Made by a program: the position numbers and the translations under genes. A stretch of DNA of 64,000 nucleotides from a virus, in the IMG/VR virus record IMGVR_UViG_3300045988_004573, positions 1 to 64,000 of that record, one strand, 5' to 3'. Numbering within the stretch: the first letter of the stretch is position 1; each line of letters starts with the position of its first letter. Positions 33,027-43,052 of this stretch are shown here, in pieces. The notes under the pieces are model-generated. The model saw nothing but the letters and a program-made list of their open reading frames with translations, was not told where the DNA came from and did not search any database.

Positions 33027-34340
33027 ATGAGTGAAGAAGTAACTAATAAGGTAAGGGAGTTATATGACAACATCATGTACTTCCCTAATAAGGTTCTTAG
33101 CATATTCAATGACTTCTTTGGAGAACAGAGAGTGGATATGCAGGGATTCTGGGGCTTTGATGAGTTCCTACGTTCAATGTCTGAGGACAGGCTTAGTTCT
33201 TTCTTCTCCAGTAAGAGTGCTGTACTTAGTAGTCCAGAGTTCAGAAGTGCCAGTAAAGAGAATAAGGCTGTCATAGAAGATATGCTTGATAATGGTGCTT
33301 TGGATAGTGCTGTAACCAGTGATGAAGCACTTGCTACATACTTCCTACCTATAATGTTTACTGCTGTAATGCAGATTATGCCACAAGGCTTCATTCTTGT
33401 GCATTTCCCTCATGTAAGGGTTACTAATGAGAATGACAGGTTTGTGGATATAAACCATCTATGGGTTAAAGTAGGCATAAAGGCAAGTGGTGCAGGCATG
33501 GGTTACTTTGCTGTAAATAGGAGTGAGTATGAACTCTCTCATATGAAGGCAGACTATATGCACAGTCATGTACCAGGAATACCATTTGATAGGCTTACAG
33601 AGTTCAAGTCTCCTTGTCTGGGCAGTGGACCTATCAGAAGTACAGTAGCTACTCTTGCAGTGGAATATGATGAGGCTATATGGCAGTTGTTCTGTCTTGA
33701 ATTGGACAAGTATGTCAGGGTTGAAAGTATCTCTGGAGTACCTTACAGGTATCTGGAGAAGATAGGTACAGGTGGTGGTACAACTAATGGAGAGACTGAC
33801 TTCTCTATGCAGTCTACCACATTCAATGACTACAATACTATATTCTCTAAAGAGGATATGAAGGACTTCGTAAGGCATCTGATAAGAGACAAGAAACTCA
33901 AGTTCAACTTCATCAGAGGAAGCTATGGCTTTGCAATGTCCTACCTTGACTATAGAATACTCATTAGTAATGAGTTCATCAAGTGGTACAACCTGAGATA
34001 TAACTTAGGAACTTCTACTGCAAGTTATAATAACTTAGTTAGTAGGGGAATACTGAAAGAATGTATCATCAACAATGGTAAGATACAGTATTTCAGGAAC
34101 ACAGGGAGAAGTGGTGAGGACTATGGCAGGTATGAGGGTGCTGAGGTGTGTGTATTCAAAGGCAGACCTATCACCATACATATAGTGGATAGTTCTACTG
34201 ATACACTTAATAAAACAGTATTAGTCAGTGCAGGTATTGCTGAGGAAATAGCTAAAGCAGTGCTTACAATAGTAAATTACAAGTATGGAAGAGAACAAAG
34301 AGAAGAAGCTGGAATTAGTACACCAGCAATCTATCTATAA
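33027..34340 (+). CDS. candidate E2-like (UBC-fold) protein
   Basis: 437 aa from the ATG after the terminator; HFPHVRV and YMHSHVPG...FKSPCLGSG (Cys at 33615-33617) loosely resemble the E2 HPN...C layout; sits where E2 sits in Ubl-E2-JAB-E1 operons. Confidence 0.4.
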   Translation: MSEEVTNKVRELYDNIMYFPNKVLSIFNDFFGEQRVDMQGFWGFDEFLRSMSEDRLSSFFSSKSAVLSSPEFRSASKENKAVIEDMLDNGALDSAVTSDEALATYFLPIMFTAVMQIMPQGFILVHFPHVRVTNENDRFVDINHLWVKVGIKASGAGMGYFAVNRSEYELSHMKADYMHSHVPGIPFDRLTEFKSPCLGSGPIRSTVATLAVEYDEAIWQLFCLELDKYVRVESISGVPYRYLEKIGTGGGTTNGETDFSMQSTTFNDYNTIFSKEDMKDFVRHLIRDKKLKFNFIRGSYGFAMSYLDYRILISNEFIKWYNLRYNLGTSTASYNNLVSRGILKECIINNGKIQYFRNTGRSGEDYGRYEGAEVCVFKGRPITIHIVDSSTDTLNKTVLVSAGIAEEIAKAVLTIVNYKYGREQREEAGISTPAIYL

Positions 34341-35487
34341 GATGGTAATCCCTCAGGAGGTTGAGAAGAAGATAAGACTTCTGTGTAGGGAGATACACAA
34401 TGTGGAATGGTCTGGAGTACTGTTCTACAAGGTAAGTGGTTCATTTGAGGATAAGTCTTTGACAATCACTTGTGTAGACTTGTTCCAGATGGATGAAGGT
34501 ACTGGAGGATATACTGAATATGATATGTCCCCAGATGTCATGGGTTATATGGTAGACCATCCTGAGCTGCTTGATGCAGGTGTATATCAGGGACTTATCC
34601 ATAGTCATAACAACATGGCTACATTCTTTAGTGGTACTGATACAGCTACCTTGCAGTCAGAAGGCAGTGATATGAACCACTTTGTATCACTGATTGTGAA
34701 CAATGCTGGTAAATATACAGCAGGAGTGACTAGGAAGGCTAAGCTCAAACAGACAGTCAATGAGGAGTTCACCTATCCCACATGGGGTGATGAGAGAGTA
34801 TCTGGCAATAGAACCTTTACAGTAGAGAAGGAGTATATCCAATGGTTTAACCTTGACATTGAGATTGAAGGAGTCAGTAATGACTTTGAAGAGGAAATGC
34901 TTGCAAGGATTAAGGAGATTAGGGCAACTAAGTCTAGTAAGAGGAACATTGAGAATGTCAGAAGTCCTTACTATGGCGGAGGCTATAAGAAAGAGGAATA
35001 TGGCAAGCACCCAATAGGTTCTTATGGTAATCCTAAGGGATATACAGTACCTGCTGGACCAGCTAATACTCCTATCAAGAGAGAGGTTAAGCAACCTACA
35101 CTCTTTGATGATACTAATGAGGAGTTTATGATTGACTATGAGAAGTTCAAACTCAATGAGGAGATAGTGGACTGGGTGGTTAAGCAGACCATCACTTGTA
35201 GTGTAATCATTCCTAACTCCAGTAACATTGATGTAGAGAAGTGGGCTAGGTCTATGGATTCTCTGTATAAGAAGAGATTTGCAGATAAGAAGGAGTTTGA
35301 AGCCTTTGCATCAAACTTTGTAGACTTTGTGGTTAACTATACAGAAGACCCAGAGGCTGCTGCTTTCTTGGATGCTACAGAGATGGCTGCTGTATTGGCT
35401 TATCAGGTAAGAGAGAAACTGAACACCCTGCCTAAGAATGAATGGCTGGATGCTTGGATGGAATTGTATGATGATTATATACTGTAA
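34285..35487 (+). CDS. JAB/MPN+ (JAMM) metalloprotease
   Basis: upstream Glu in NVEWSG and a complete HSHNNMATFFSGTD (HxHx7Sx2D) at 34600-34641; an alternative start at 34342 directly follows the upstream stop. Confidence 0.8.
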   Translation: MEENKEKKLELVHQQSIYKMVIPQEVEKKIRLLCREIHNVEWSGVLFYKVSGSFEDKSLTITCVDLFQMDEGTGGYTEYDMSPDVMGYMVDHPELLDAGVYQGLIHSHNNMATFFSGTDTATLQSEGSDMNHFVSLIVNNAGKYTAGVTRKAKLKQTVNEEFTYPTWGDERVSGNRTFTVEKEYIQWFNLDIEIEGVSNDFEEEMLARIKEIRATKSSKRNIENVRSPYYGGGYKKEEYGKHPIGSYGNPKGYTVPAGPANTPIKREVKQPTLFDDTNEEFMIDYEKFKLNEEIVDWVVKQTITCSVIIPNSSNIDVEKWARSMDSLYKKRFADKKEFEAFASNFVDFVVNYTEDPEAAAFLDATEMAAVLAYQVREKLNTLPKNEWLDAWMELYDDYIL

Positions 35488-35489
35488 GT

Positions 35490-36662
35490 ATGGAAGATAT
35501 AGTAAGTGAAGTAACTGCTCAGGCTCTTAATCAGTTAGCTGATAGAAGCGTAGAGCAGGCTCGTCAAGAGTTTGAAAGAGCTATGGAGGAAGATACCAAT
35601 GCACTTCCTATCAATGCCTTTGGTGGAACTCTGTCTCCTGTAGGTTCTGCTGGAGAGTTACACTATATATGTACTCTTCTTAGAGACCATAGGGCAGAGC
35701 TGTCAGTTGATGAATTGATAGATAGAGACAATCTTGTCTATAATGTGCAGATAAATGAGGAGAATGGTCAGCACCATGACTATTGGGTCAATGACTATTG
35801 GCACAATCAGTTACTCATAGCTGCTGGAGTTATGGATGAGGTAATGCCTGAGGAGGCTCAGTTGAGTCCAGAAGAGGAAGCAATGTTAGCAGCAGCATTG
35901 GAGAGTGAGCATCAAGAGATACCTGTAAATTCACAGACAATCACTGTAGATGAGACTACAAGTAGATTCAGTGGTGCTATATGGTATGAGCAAATACAAC
36001 AGCAGACTGTCACTTTGGCAGGTGTTGGAGGTATTGGCAGTTATGTAGGTTTCCTGTTAGGTAGATTGAAGCCTCAGAGACTTATCATATATGACCCTGA
36101 CAGGGTTGAGACTGTCAATATGTCAGGTCAGTTGTATGGTCAGACAGATGTTGGTAATTATAAGAGTTTAGCCCTTGCCAATATGGTCAGAAACTATGCT
36201 AACTATAACAATATAGTGGCATTGAATGACAGGTTTGAGGCTAACTCTGAGGCTACTGACATTATGATATGTGGCTTTGACAATATGACAGCCAGAAGGA
36301 CATTCTATGAGAAGTGGAAGCAGAAGGTACTGTCCTATCCTGCTGGTAGTGATAACAGGAAGAAGTGTTTGTTCATAGATGGAAGATTGGCAGCAGAAGA
36401 GTTCCAAGTACTGTCCATTCAAGGAGATGATGAAAGAGCTATGGTGGAGTATGAGGATAAGTGGCTGTTCAGTGATGCAGAAGCTGAGGAGACTATATGC
36501 TCCTATAAGCAGACTACTTTCATGGCTAACATGATAGCATCAGTGATGGTCAATGTCTTTGTGAACTTCGTGGCTAACCAGTGTGGTCCTATCATAGACA
36601 GGGATGTTCCTTTCTTCATATCCTATGATGCAAGTACAATGTTTACTAAAGTTGAAATGTAA
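35490..36662 (+). CDS. ThiF/MoeB/E1-like adenylating enzyme
   Basis: Rossmann LAGVGGIGSYVG (36021-36041), IIYDPDRVETVNMSGQ, CGFDNMTARR, downstream Cys in ETICSYKQTT; ~150-aa acidic N-terminal extension. Confidence 0.8.
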   Translation: MEDIVSEVTAQALNQLADRSVEQARQEFERAMEEDTNALPINAFGGTLSPVGSAGELHYICTLLRDHRAELSVDELIDRDNLVYNVQINEENGQHHDYWVNDYWHNQLLIAAGVMDEVMPEEAQLSPEEEAMLAAALESEHQEIPVNSQTITVDETTSRFSGAIWYEQIQQQTVTLAGVGGIGSYVGFLLGRLKPQRLIIYDPDRVETVNMSGQLYGQTDVGNYKSLALANMVRNYANYNNIVALNDRFEANSEATDIMICGFDNMTARRTFYEKWKQKVLSYPAGSDNRKKCLFIDGRLAAEEFQVLSIQGDDERAMVEYEDKWLFSDAEAEETICSYKQTTFMANMIASVMVNVFVNFVANQCGPIIDRDVPFFISYDASTMFTKVEM

Positions 36663-37462
36663 TGCAAAGAGTGAGTAGTAGAATGAGTTATACTATTGAG
36701 CATATGTATAACTCAAGGGGAGATATAGCTCCCTATAGCAGTCCAGATGCTAGACTAGTCAATTACTCTATGCACACTGTGTTCCCATCATTCTTTAGGG
36801 TTTCCTTACAAGGAGATAAGATTGAGCTTCCTATATTTGCCAAGGAGTATGTGCAAGGCAAGCTCCTTGAAAGGTTGGAAAATAGAGGAAACCCTATGAG
36901 AAGAAGTGACATTATCATACACTTCCACATTGTAGAGAGTAACTATGCTCCCTATAGGACAGCAGATGCTTTAATCAGGAATCTGGTGGAGTTCAACTCC
37001 AGTAGAAGAGGTATGTATCTAACTGCCAGTACCAATAAAGGAGAGACATATCATGGATGTAATGGTACTATATTCAATAAGGATATGGTTCCACTTATTT
37101 TCAATGTCATAGAATGTGAGATTGTGGATAATACTCTTGTATATAAGAGAGTCAAGAGTTACATACATCCATCAGTATTCTATTCTGATGGTACTGTGGA
37201 GAAGTGTATAGCCAACAAGATTATCCCATTTGTCATGCAGAATGGTATAGAGATAAGACCCTATGACTCAAGGGTAGTTGATAACATCAGCTATGTGGGT
37301 ACAGGAAGAATCAGGAAGACTATACCAGAACTGTCAGTTGCCAATGTAGCTGACAGGTTCTTCTGTAAGCCTATTCTTCCCAGTGTGGCATATAGTGATG
37401 ATGACATCAATGATATGCTGAACAGGAACATTGATGATGTATTCAATATCATTGGGTTATGA
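36662..37462 (+). CDS. hypothetical protein translationally coupled to the E1-like gene
   Basis: 266 aa; ATG overlaps the E1 stop (TAATG). Confidence 0.5.
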   Translation: MQRVSSRMSYTIEHMYNSRGDIAPYSSPDARLVNYSMHTVFPSFFRVSLQGDKIELPIFAKEYVQGKLLERLENRGNPMRRSDIIIHFHIVESNYAPYRTADALIRNLVEFNSSRRGMYLTASTNKGETYHGCNGTIFNKDMVPLIFNVIECEIVDNTLVYKRVKSYIHPSVFYSDGTVEKCIANKIIPFVMQNGIEIRPYDSRVVDNISYVGTGRIRKTIPELSVANVADRFFCKPILPSVAYSDDDINDMLNRNIDDVFNIIGL

Positions 37463-38169
37463 CACTTGAGGAATACTTTGGTGATTGGCTTAGAGTGATT
37501 GACAGAGCAGAGTTGGATAAGGTATTGACACTCCTTAACAGGATGTATAGGGTAAAACCTATATGTCCTGCACAGGAGAATGTATTCAAGGCATTCAACT
37601 TGTGTAAGTACCGTGACTGTAAGGTGGTATTCATAGGTCAAGACCCATACCCTCAGAAGGGTGTGGCTACTGGCATATTGTTTGGGAATGATGCAAGTAC
37701 TAGAGAAGATGACTGGTCTCCTTCATTAAAAATTGTTAGAGATTCAGTTATAGACTTGCGCAGACCACATAATTTGATTACCTTTGACCCCACCTTAGAG
37801 TCATGGGCTAAGCAAGGCATCCTTATGATTAACTCTGCTTTGACCGCGGAGATGAATAAGGTAGGCTCACACACTATGTTGTGGAGACCTTTCATCTCAA
37901 AGCTGCTAAAGAAGATGTCTGAGTATGACACTGGTATGATATATGTGTTGTTTGGTGGTACTGCCCGTACCTTCAAGCCATATATAGGAAAGTATAATGA
38001 TGTGATAGAGATAGAGCATCCTGCATGCTTTGCAAGAATCAACCAAGACATGCCCTCAGATATATTCTATGAGATTAACAAACTATTAAAAGCAAGGTAT
38101 AACACCACTATTAAATGGTATGATGAGGAACAGTGCAATGGAGATATGGAAGAGTATAACAGGCTATGA
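37459..38169 (+). CDS. uracil-DNA glycosylase superfamily protein
   Basis: VVFIGQDPYPQKGVATGILFG (GQDPY motif) and IEHPACFAR (HPSPL-like). Confidence 0.7.
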   Translation: MTLEEYFGDWLRVIDRAELDKVLTLLNRMYRVKPICPAQENVFKAFNLCKYRDCKVVFIGQDPYPQKGVATGILFGNDASTREDDWSPSLKIVRDSVIDLRRPHNLITFDPTLESWAKQGILMINSALTAEMNKVGSHTMLWRPFISKLLKKMSEYDTGMIYVLFGGTARTFKPYIGKYNDVIEIEHPACFARINQDMPSDIFYEINKLLKARYNTTIKWYDEEQCNGDMEEYNRL

Positions 38170-38635
38170 TAACTTATATGAAGTAAGTAACCTTGGTAGA
38201 GTAAAGTCTCTTAAGAGAGTACCTAATACTATCTTGAAACCGTCTAGTAATGGTAGGTATTTGCAACTAGTACTGCACAAGGATGGCAGTAAGAGTAAGA
38301 AATACATACACAGACTAGTGGCAGAGGCTTTTATATCTAACCCTTATGGCTTTTCAGAGGTAAATCATAAGGATGAGGACAAAACCAACAATAATGTATC
38401 TAACTTGGAATGGTGTGATAGCACATACAATAACACATATAATCAGAGACATATCAAATCAAGAGAGTCTTTGAAGAAACCAATTATAGTTAGAGATATT
38501 AGTGGGGAGATTATAGCGGAGTATTCTTCAATATCCCAAGCATCTATTGCTCTTAATATGGACAAGAGCAATATATCAAAATGCTGTAGAGGTGTTATGT
38601 GTTCCTATAAAAGTTTAACATTTTCCTATAAATAG
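38120..38635 (+). CDS. HNH homing endonuclease with NUMOD4-like N-terminus and C-terminal HTH
   Basis: WKSITGYDNLYEVSNLGRVKS (NUMOD4-like), EVNHKDEDKTNNNVSNLEW (HNH), SISQASIALNMDKSNISKCC (IENR1-like); overlaps the UDG 3' end. Confidence 0.75.
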   Translation: MMRNSAMEIWKSITGYDNLYEVSNLGRVKSLKRVPNTILKPSSNGRYLQLVLHKDGSKSKKYIHRLVAEAFISNPYGFSEVNHKDEDKTNNNVSNLEWCDSTYNNTYNQRHIKSRESLKKPIIVRDISGEIIAEYSSISQASIALNMDKSNISKCCRGVMCSYKSLTFSYK

Positions 38636-38649
38636 AAGAAAAAAAAAAT

Positions 38650-39183
38650 ATGAACAAGTTGAAACTGAAAGAGACTGGTAAAGAAGTCAAGATGGGTGAG
38701 AAGCTCATCAAAGTTGTGGAATTGTTTGGCGTTCCTGTACCTGTAGCACAAGTAGAGGTCAATGAAACTACTCTTCCTGACCTTATCAAGCATGGTATAG
38801 TAGTAGCGGAGGGTTCTGATAGTGACATTGATGTTACTATTGAGAGTGCAGTACAGCATCTGGCTAATAGGATTGGCTGGAACAAAGAGAACCTTGAGAA
38901 GTACTTCAACAACCTCTATAAGATTAGCCCTGCTGCTGTCTTTGAGATTGTATTGAAGGAAGTGGCTATCCTGCTTGATGAGAGATACCCTGACCACATC
39001 AGCAACAGTAAGGAGATTTGGGTAATCAATAAGGTCAATGGAGAGATTCAGAAACTCAAAGACCTGAGCAAAATCAAGAGCTTCCAGCACTTTGCAGCAT
39101 TCAGAAGCCTTGAGGATGCTCTTGTAGCCAAGAGAGTGATGGCTCCTGCATTGAAGGACTTGTATGGAAAACAGAAGAATTAA
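38650..39183 (+). CDS. hypothetical protein
   Basis: 177-aa ORF. Confidence 0.5.
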   Translation: MNKLKLKETGKEVKMGEKLIKVVELFGVPVPVAQVEVNETTLPDLIKHGIVVAEGSDSDIDVTIESAVQHLANRIGWNKENLEKYFNNLYKISPAAVFEIVLKEVAILLDERYPDHISNSKEIWVINKVNGEIQKLKDLSKIKSFQHFAAFRSLEDALVAKRVMAPALKDLYGKQKN

Positions 39184-39616
39184 AGGTGCTACGCCTTTAG
39201 TTGTTGATGACATCAAGTTTAAGTCCAAGATTGAGGCAAGTGTATATAAGCACTTGCTTCAAGCTGGATTTAACCCAGTGTATGAGGGTATGAAGTTCAC
39301 TATATGGAGTGGCTTCAAGCCTACAGTCCCATTCTATACAAGGATAGGGCGAAGCAATGGGCTTAATATGAAGAAAACTATAGACATCACCTATACCCCA
39401 GACTTTACATTCATGTATAATGGTAAGCTAATTATCATAGAGGTCAAAGGGTTACAGAATGATGTCTTTCCATATAAGTTTAAGATGTTCAGAGGTATGC
39501 TTGAGAGAGAACCTTATGTAGGCAATACCCTACTGTTTGAGATATTCAGCATCAAGCAACTAAAGGAGTGTATAGAAATCATAAAATCTTATGACTCCAA
39601 TACAAAGGCTAAATAG
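39164..39616 (+). CDS. T7 endonuclease I-like PD-(D/E)xK nuclease (possible junction resolvase)
   Basis: ITYTPDFTFMYNGKLIIIEVKG matches the recalled YTPDF...ExKG core of T7 endonuclease I. Confidence 0.55.
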   Translation: MENRRIKGATPLVVDDIKFKSKIEASVYKHLLQAGFNPVYEGMKFTIWSGFKPTVPFYTRIGRSNGLNMKKTIDITYTPDFTFMYNGKLIIIEVKGLQNDVFPYKFKMFRGMLEREPYVGNTLLFEIFSIKQLKECIEIIKSYDSNTKAK

Positions 39617-39875
39617 TTTGGTAAAGTCATTCCCAGAGAAGGATAGGGAATTGATGCAGAAGATGTTAGATGAAAGGAAGTTTGAAGACTTGTGGGAACT
39701 TGTGAAGTCCTCTATCTATATGGTGAGGAAGTACAAGGACAAGTATGAGGCTGACCTTACTGACATGACTGTGTTCAAGTCTGAACTATCCTCCTATATG
39801 GACCAGTTAGGTCTGGGGGATGATGAGGAGTTTGAGGATGAGGAAGAAATGATTGACACTTATGAAGAGTATTAG
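39591..39875 (+). CDS. hypothetical acidic protein
   Basis: 94-aa ORF. Confidence 0.45.
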   Translation: MTPIQRLNSLVKSFPEKDRELMQKMLDERKFEDLWELVKSSIYMVRKYKDKYEADLTDMTVFKSELSSYMDQLGLGDDEEFEDEEEMIDTYEEY

Positions 39876-40899
39876 AGAACTGGCATGGAATGTGGATGAA
39901 CCAACCTATAGGGCTGATAGTGCTATAAGCTACTCAACTCTAAGCAGGTTTGAGAGGGAAGGATGGAGAAAGCTTGGCTCACTCTTTGATAAGATTGAGA
40001 CACCTTCACTCACATTTGGAAGTGCTGTTGATACTAAGCTGACTGATGGGGATGAGGCATTCAATGAAAGGTTCATTGTATGTGACTTCCCACCATTGTC
40101 AGATACATTGATAAGCATTACAAAGTTCCTCCACAAGAACTTCCATGAGAACCATAGGAAACTCAGCATGATAGATGATGCTGAGATAAGCAGGGCTGCA
40201 CTGATGTTCAACTATTATGCTAATCCCAAGTATGAGAACTTTAGGGTAAAGAGTATTAAGGAGAGCTGTGATGAGTATTACTCATTACTCACATTAGCAG
40301 GAGACAAGACTGTGCTATCACAGAATGACTATGCTGATGTAATGGCTTGTGTGGATGAGTTAAAGACCAATCCAGCAACCAAGTACTTCTTTAGCTCAAA
40401 TCCCTTTGAGACTCACATTGAGAAGGTGTTCCAGTTGAAGTTCAGGGCAGAGTTCCAAGGCATACCTGTCAGATGTATGTTTGATGAGATTATTGTAGAC
40501 CATGAGAAGAAGATGATATACCCTATAGACTTAAAGACCACAGGTCATCCTGAGGAAGAGTTTGAAGGGTCTTTCTCTCAATGGAGATATGATATTCAAG
40601 CCAAGTTATATACCTATATATTACAGGAGTGTATCAAGAATGATGAGTACTTCAAGGATTTCAAGATACAGCCCTATCAGTTTGTGGTTATAAACAGAAG
40701 GACTGTAGCTCCTATTGTATGGGTGTATGAAGGGAACTTTGGACAGGTAGACCTTAGAGATGAGAAAGGTAATATATTGAGGGATTGGAGGAAGATACTC
40801 GATGAACTCCATTATTACCTGAGATATGCTGGCAAGTACAGTATAAGGGCAATAGCAAATAACTGTGTATTAAAGATAAGTAATTTGACACCATGTTGA
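39853..40899 (+). CDS. PD-(D/E)xK (RecB/Cas4/YqaJ-like) exonuclease
   Basis: FDEIIVD...IYPIDLKTTG...YDIQAKLY layout. Confidence 0.55.
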   Translation: MTLMKSIRELAWNVDEPTYRADSAISYSTLSRFEREGWRKLGSLFDKIETPSLTFGSAVDTKLTDGDEAFNERFIVCDFPPLSDTLISITKFLHKNFHENHRKLSMIDDAEISRAALMFNYYANPKYENFRVKSIKESCDEYYSLLTLAGDKTVLSQNDYADVMACVDELKTNPATKYFFSSNPFETHIEKVFQLKFRAEFQGIPVRCMFDEIIVDHEKKMIYPIDLKTTGHPEEEFEGSFSQWRYDIQAKLYTYILQECIKNDEYFKDFKIQPYQFVVINRRTVAPIVWVYEGNFGQVDLRDEKGNILRDWRKILDELHYYLRYAGKYSIRAIANNCVLKISNLTPC

Positions 40900-43052
40900 A
40901 AGTAGTTAAGAGAGACGGAAGTATTGAGGACTTTAATGTCCAGAAGGTAGTCAATGCAGTCCAGAAGGCATTTGCATCAGTAGGGTGTGAGCTACCTGAG
41001 TATCTGAACACAATGATACCTGCCTTATTTGAAGAGGGAGATGTCATTGGTGTAGAGGATATACAGGATAGAGTAGAGCAACTACTGATGAATGACAAGC
41101 ACTTCAAGGCTGCTAAGTCATATATCCTGTATAGAGAGAAGCACAAGCAGGCTAGGTTTATCAAGGAGAGGATTGACTATATGGATAAGTACAGTCAGTC
41201 CAATGAGAATGCAGCCACTTCATCAGAGACAGATGCCAATGCAAATGTCACTATGAAGAATGTAGCTAACCTTGAGGGAGAGGTCTATAAGACCACTAAT
41301 AGAGTAGTGCAGAGACAAAGGATGAAGGATGAGCTGAATAAGTTATATCCAGAGGTAGCCAAGCAGTATGAGGAGGATTTGAACCATCATATCATATACA
41401 CACATGATGAGGCTACTACTCCTGTGTTGAAGCAGTATTGTATGGCAGTCTCACTATATCCTCTTATGACAGAGGGTGTAGGTAATATAGATGGAATAAC
41501 TCCTTCTGCTCCTAATGACCTACAGTCATTCAGTGGGCAAATCACCAATCTTATATTCTTACTCTCATCACAGTGTAAGGGTGCAGTTGCAGTAGGTGAA
41601 TACTTTATTGCACTGAACTATTATATTGTGCAGGAGTTTGGTACTAACTGGTATGAGAAGCTGGATGTAGTAACTGCCACAGAGCATTGCAGTAAGCAGA
41701 GAACTGTAAGGGATGCTATCTATAAGGCATTCAAGCAGTTCATCTATGGTGTAAATCAACCTGCTGGTAATAGGTCTTATCAGAGTCCATTCACCAATGT
41801 GTCATACTATGACCATACCTACTTCAACTCTTTGTTCAGTGACTTCTGCTATCCTGATGGTACTAAACCACAGTGGGAAGCTATAGACTGCCTGCAAAGA
41901 CTGTTTATGAAGTTCTTCAATAAGCTGAGAACCAAGCAGATACTTACCTTCCCTGTAGAAACTATGGCTATGGTGTATGACCCTAAGACCAATGATATTA
42001 TAGATAAGGACTATAAGGACTTCACTGCTGAGATGTATGCAGAAGGTCATAGCTTCTTCACCTATATATCAGATAGTGCTGATAGTCTTGCATCATGTTG
42101 TAGATTGAGGAATGAGCTTGCAGAGAATACTTTCAATCCTACATCAGGTCTTACTGGTGTAATGACTGGTAGCTGTAATGTTATCACTCTTAACATCAAT
42201 AGGATTGTACAGGACTGGTTCAAGTCTATAGGAGGTGTTTATCCTATGGATAGATTATCTACTGACTTTAAGTCTTATCTTACATCTATACTTGAAAGAG
42301 TCTATAAGTATCACATTGCCTTCAAGACAATGCTGTATGACCTTGAGGATAGAGGTATGTTTGCTGCTTCTAATGGTGGATATATCAGAGTATCAAAGCT
42401 ATACAGTACCATAGGTATCAATGGCTTGAATGAAGCTGCTAGGTTCTTGTGTCTTGAGGTATCTAACAATAAGGACTATATTGAGTTCTTGCAGTTGGTT
42501 CTTGGTACTATTAAGGAACAGAACAAGTTACACTCTATCCATGACAGGAAGAGACCATTCCTGTTCAATTCTGAGGTAGTTCCTGCTGAGGGATTAGGTG
42601 GTAAGAACTATAGATGGGATAAGGAAGATGGATATGTAGTTCCAGAAGATGAGAATCTGTATAACTCATACTTCTATAATGCACATGATGATACCTCGGT
42701 GCTTGATAAGTTCATACTTCATGGAAGGCAGACTTACCAATATACTGATGGAGGTTCAGCAGCTCATATCAATCTTGAAGACCATCTGAGTAAAGAGCAG
42801 TATCTCAAGTTGATAGACTTTGCCATAGTCAATGGAACTAATTACTTCACATTTAATATTCCTAATAGTAAGTGTGATGAATGTGGTTACATTACTAAGC
42901 ATCCTATCACTGAGTGTCCTAAGTGCCATAGTAAGAACATTACCCAATATACCAGAGTGATAGGTTATCTCAGACCTATCAAGTCATTTGGTAAGGATAG
43001 ACAAATAGAAGCTAACAAAAGAGTTTACAGTAAGGATGTTGAAGTATGTTGA
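40893..43052 (+). CDS. nrdD: anaerobic ribonucleoside-triphosphate reductase
   Basis: N-terminal ATP-cone VVKRDGSIEDFNVQKV; C-terminal CDECG...CPKCH zinc site; glycyl-radical motif TRVIGYLRP. Confidence 0.9.
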   Translation: MLKVVKRDGSIEDFNVQKVVNAVQKAFASVGCELPEYLNTMIPALFEEGDVIGVEDIQDRVEQLLMNDKHFKAAKSYILYREKHKQARFIKERIDYMDKYSQSNENAATSSETDANANVTMKNVANLEGEVYKTTNRVVQRQRMKDELNKLYPEVAKQYEEDLNHHIIYTHDEATTPVLKQYCMAVSLYPLMTEGVGNIDGITPSAPNDLQSFSGQITNLIFLLSSQCKGAVAVGEYFIALNYYIVQEFGTNWYEKLDVVTATEHCSKQRTVRDAIYKAFKQFIYGVNQPAGNRSYQSPFTNVSYYDHTYFNSLFSDFCYPDGTKPQWEAIDCLQRLFMKFFNKLRTKQILTFPVETMAMVYDPKTNDIIDKDYKDFTAEMYAEGHSFFTYISDSADSLASCCRLRNELAENTFNPTSGLTGVMTGSCNVITLNINRIVQDWFKSIGGVYPMDRLSTDFKSYLTSILERVYKYHIAFKTMLYDLEDRGMFAASNGGYIRVSKLYSTIGINGLNEAARFLCLEVSNNKDYIEFLQLVLGTIKEQNKLHSIHDRKRPFLFNSEVVPAEGLGGKNYRWDKEDGYVVPEDENLYNSYFYNAHDDTSVLDKFILHGRQTYQYTDGGSAAHINLEDHLSKEQYLKLIDFAIVNGTNYFTFNIPNSKCDECGYITKHPITECPKCHSKNITQYTRVIGYLRPIKSFGKDRQIEANKRVYSKDVEVC

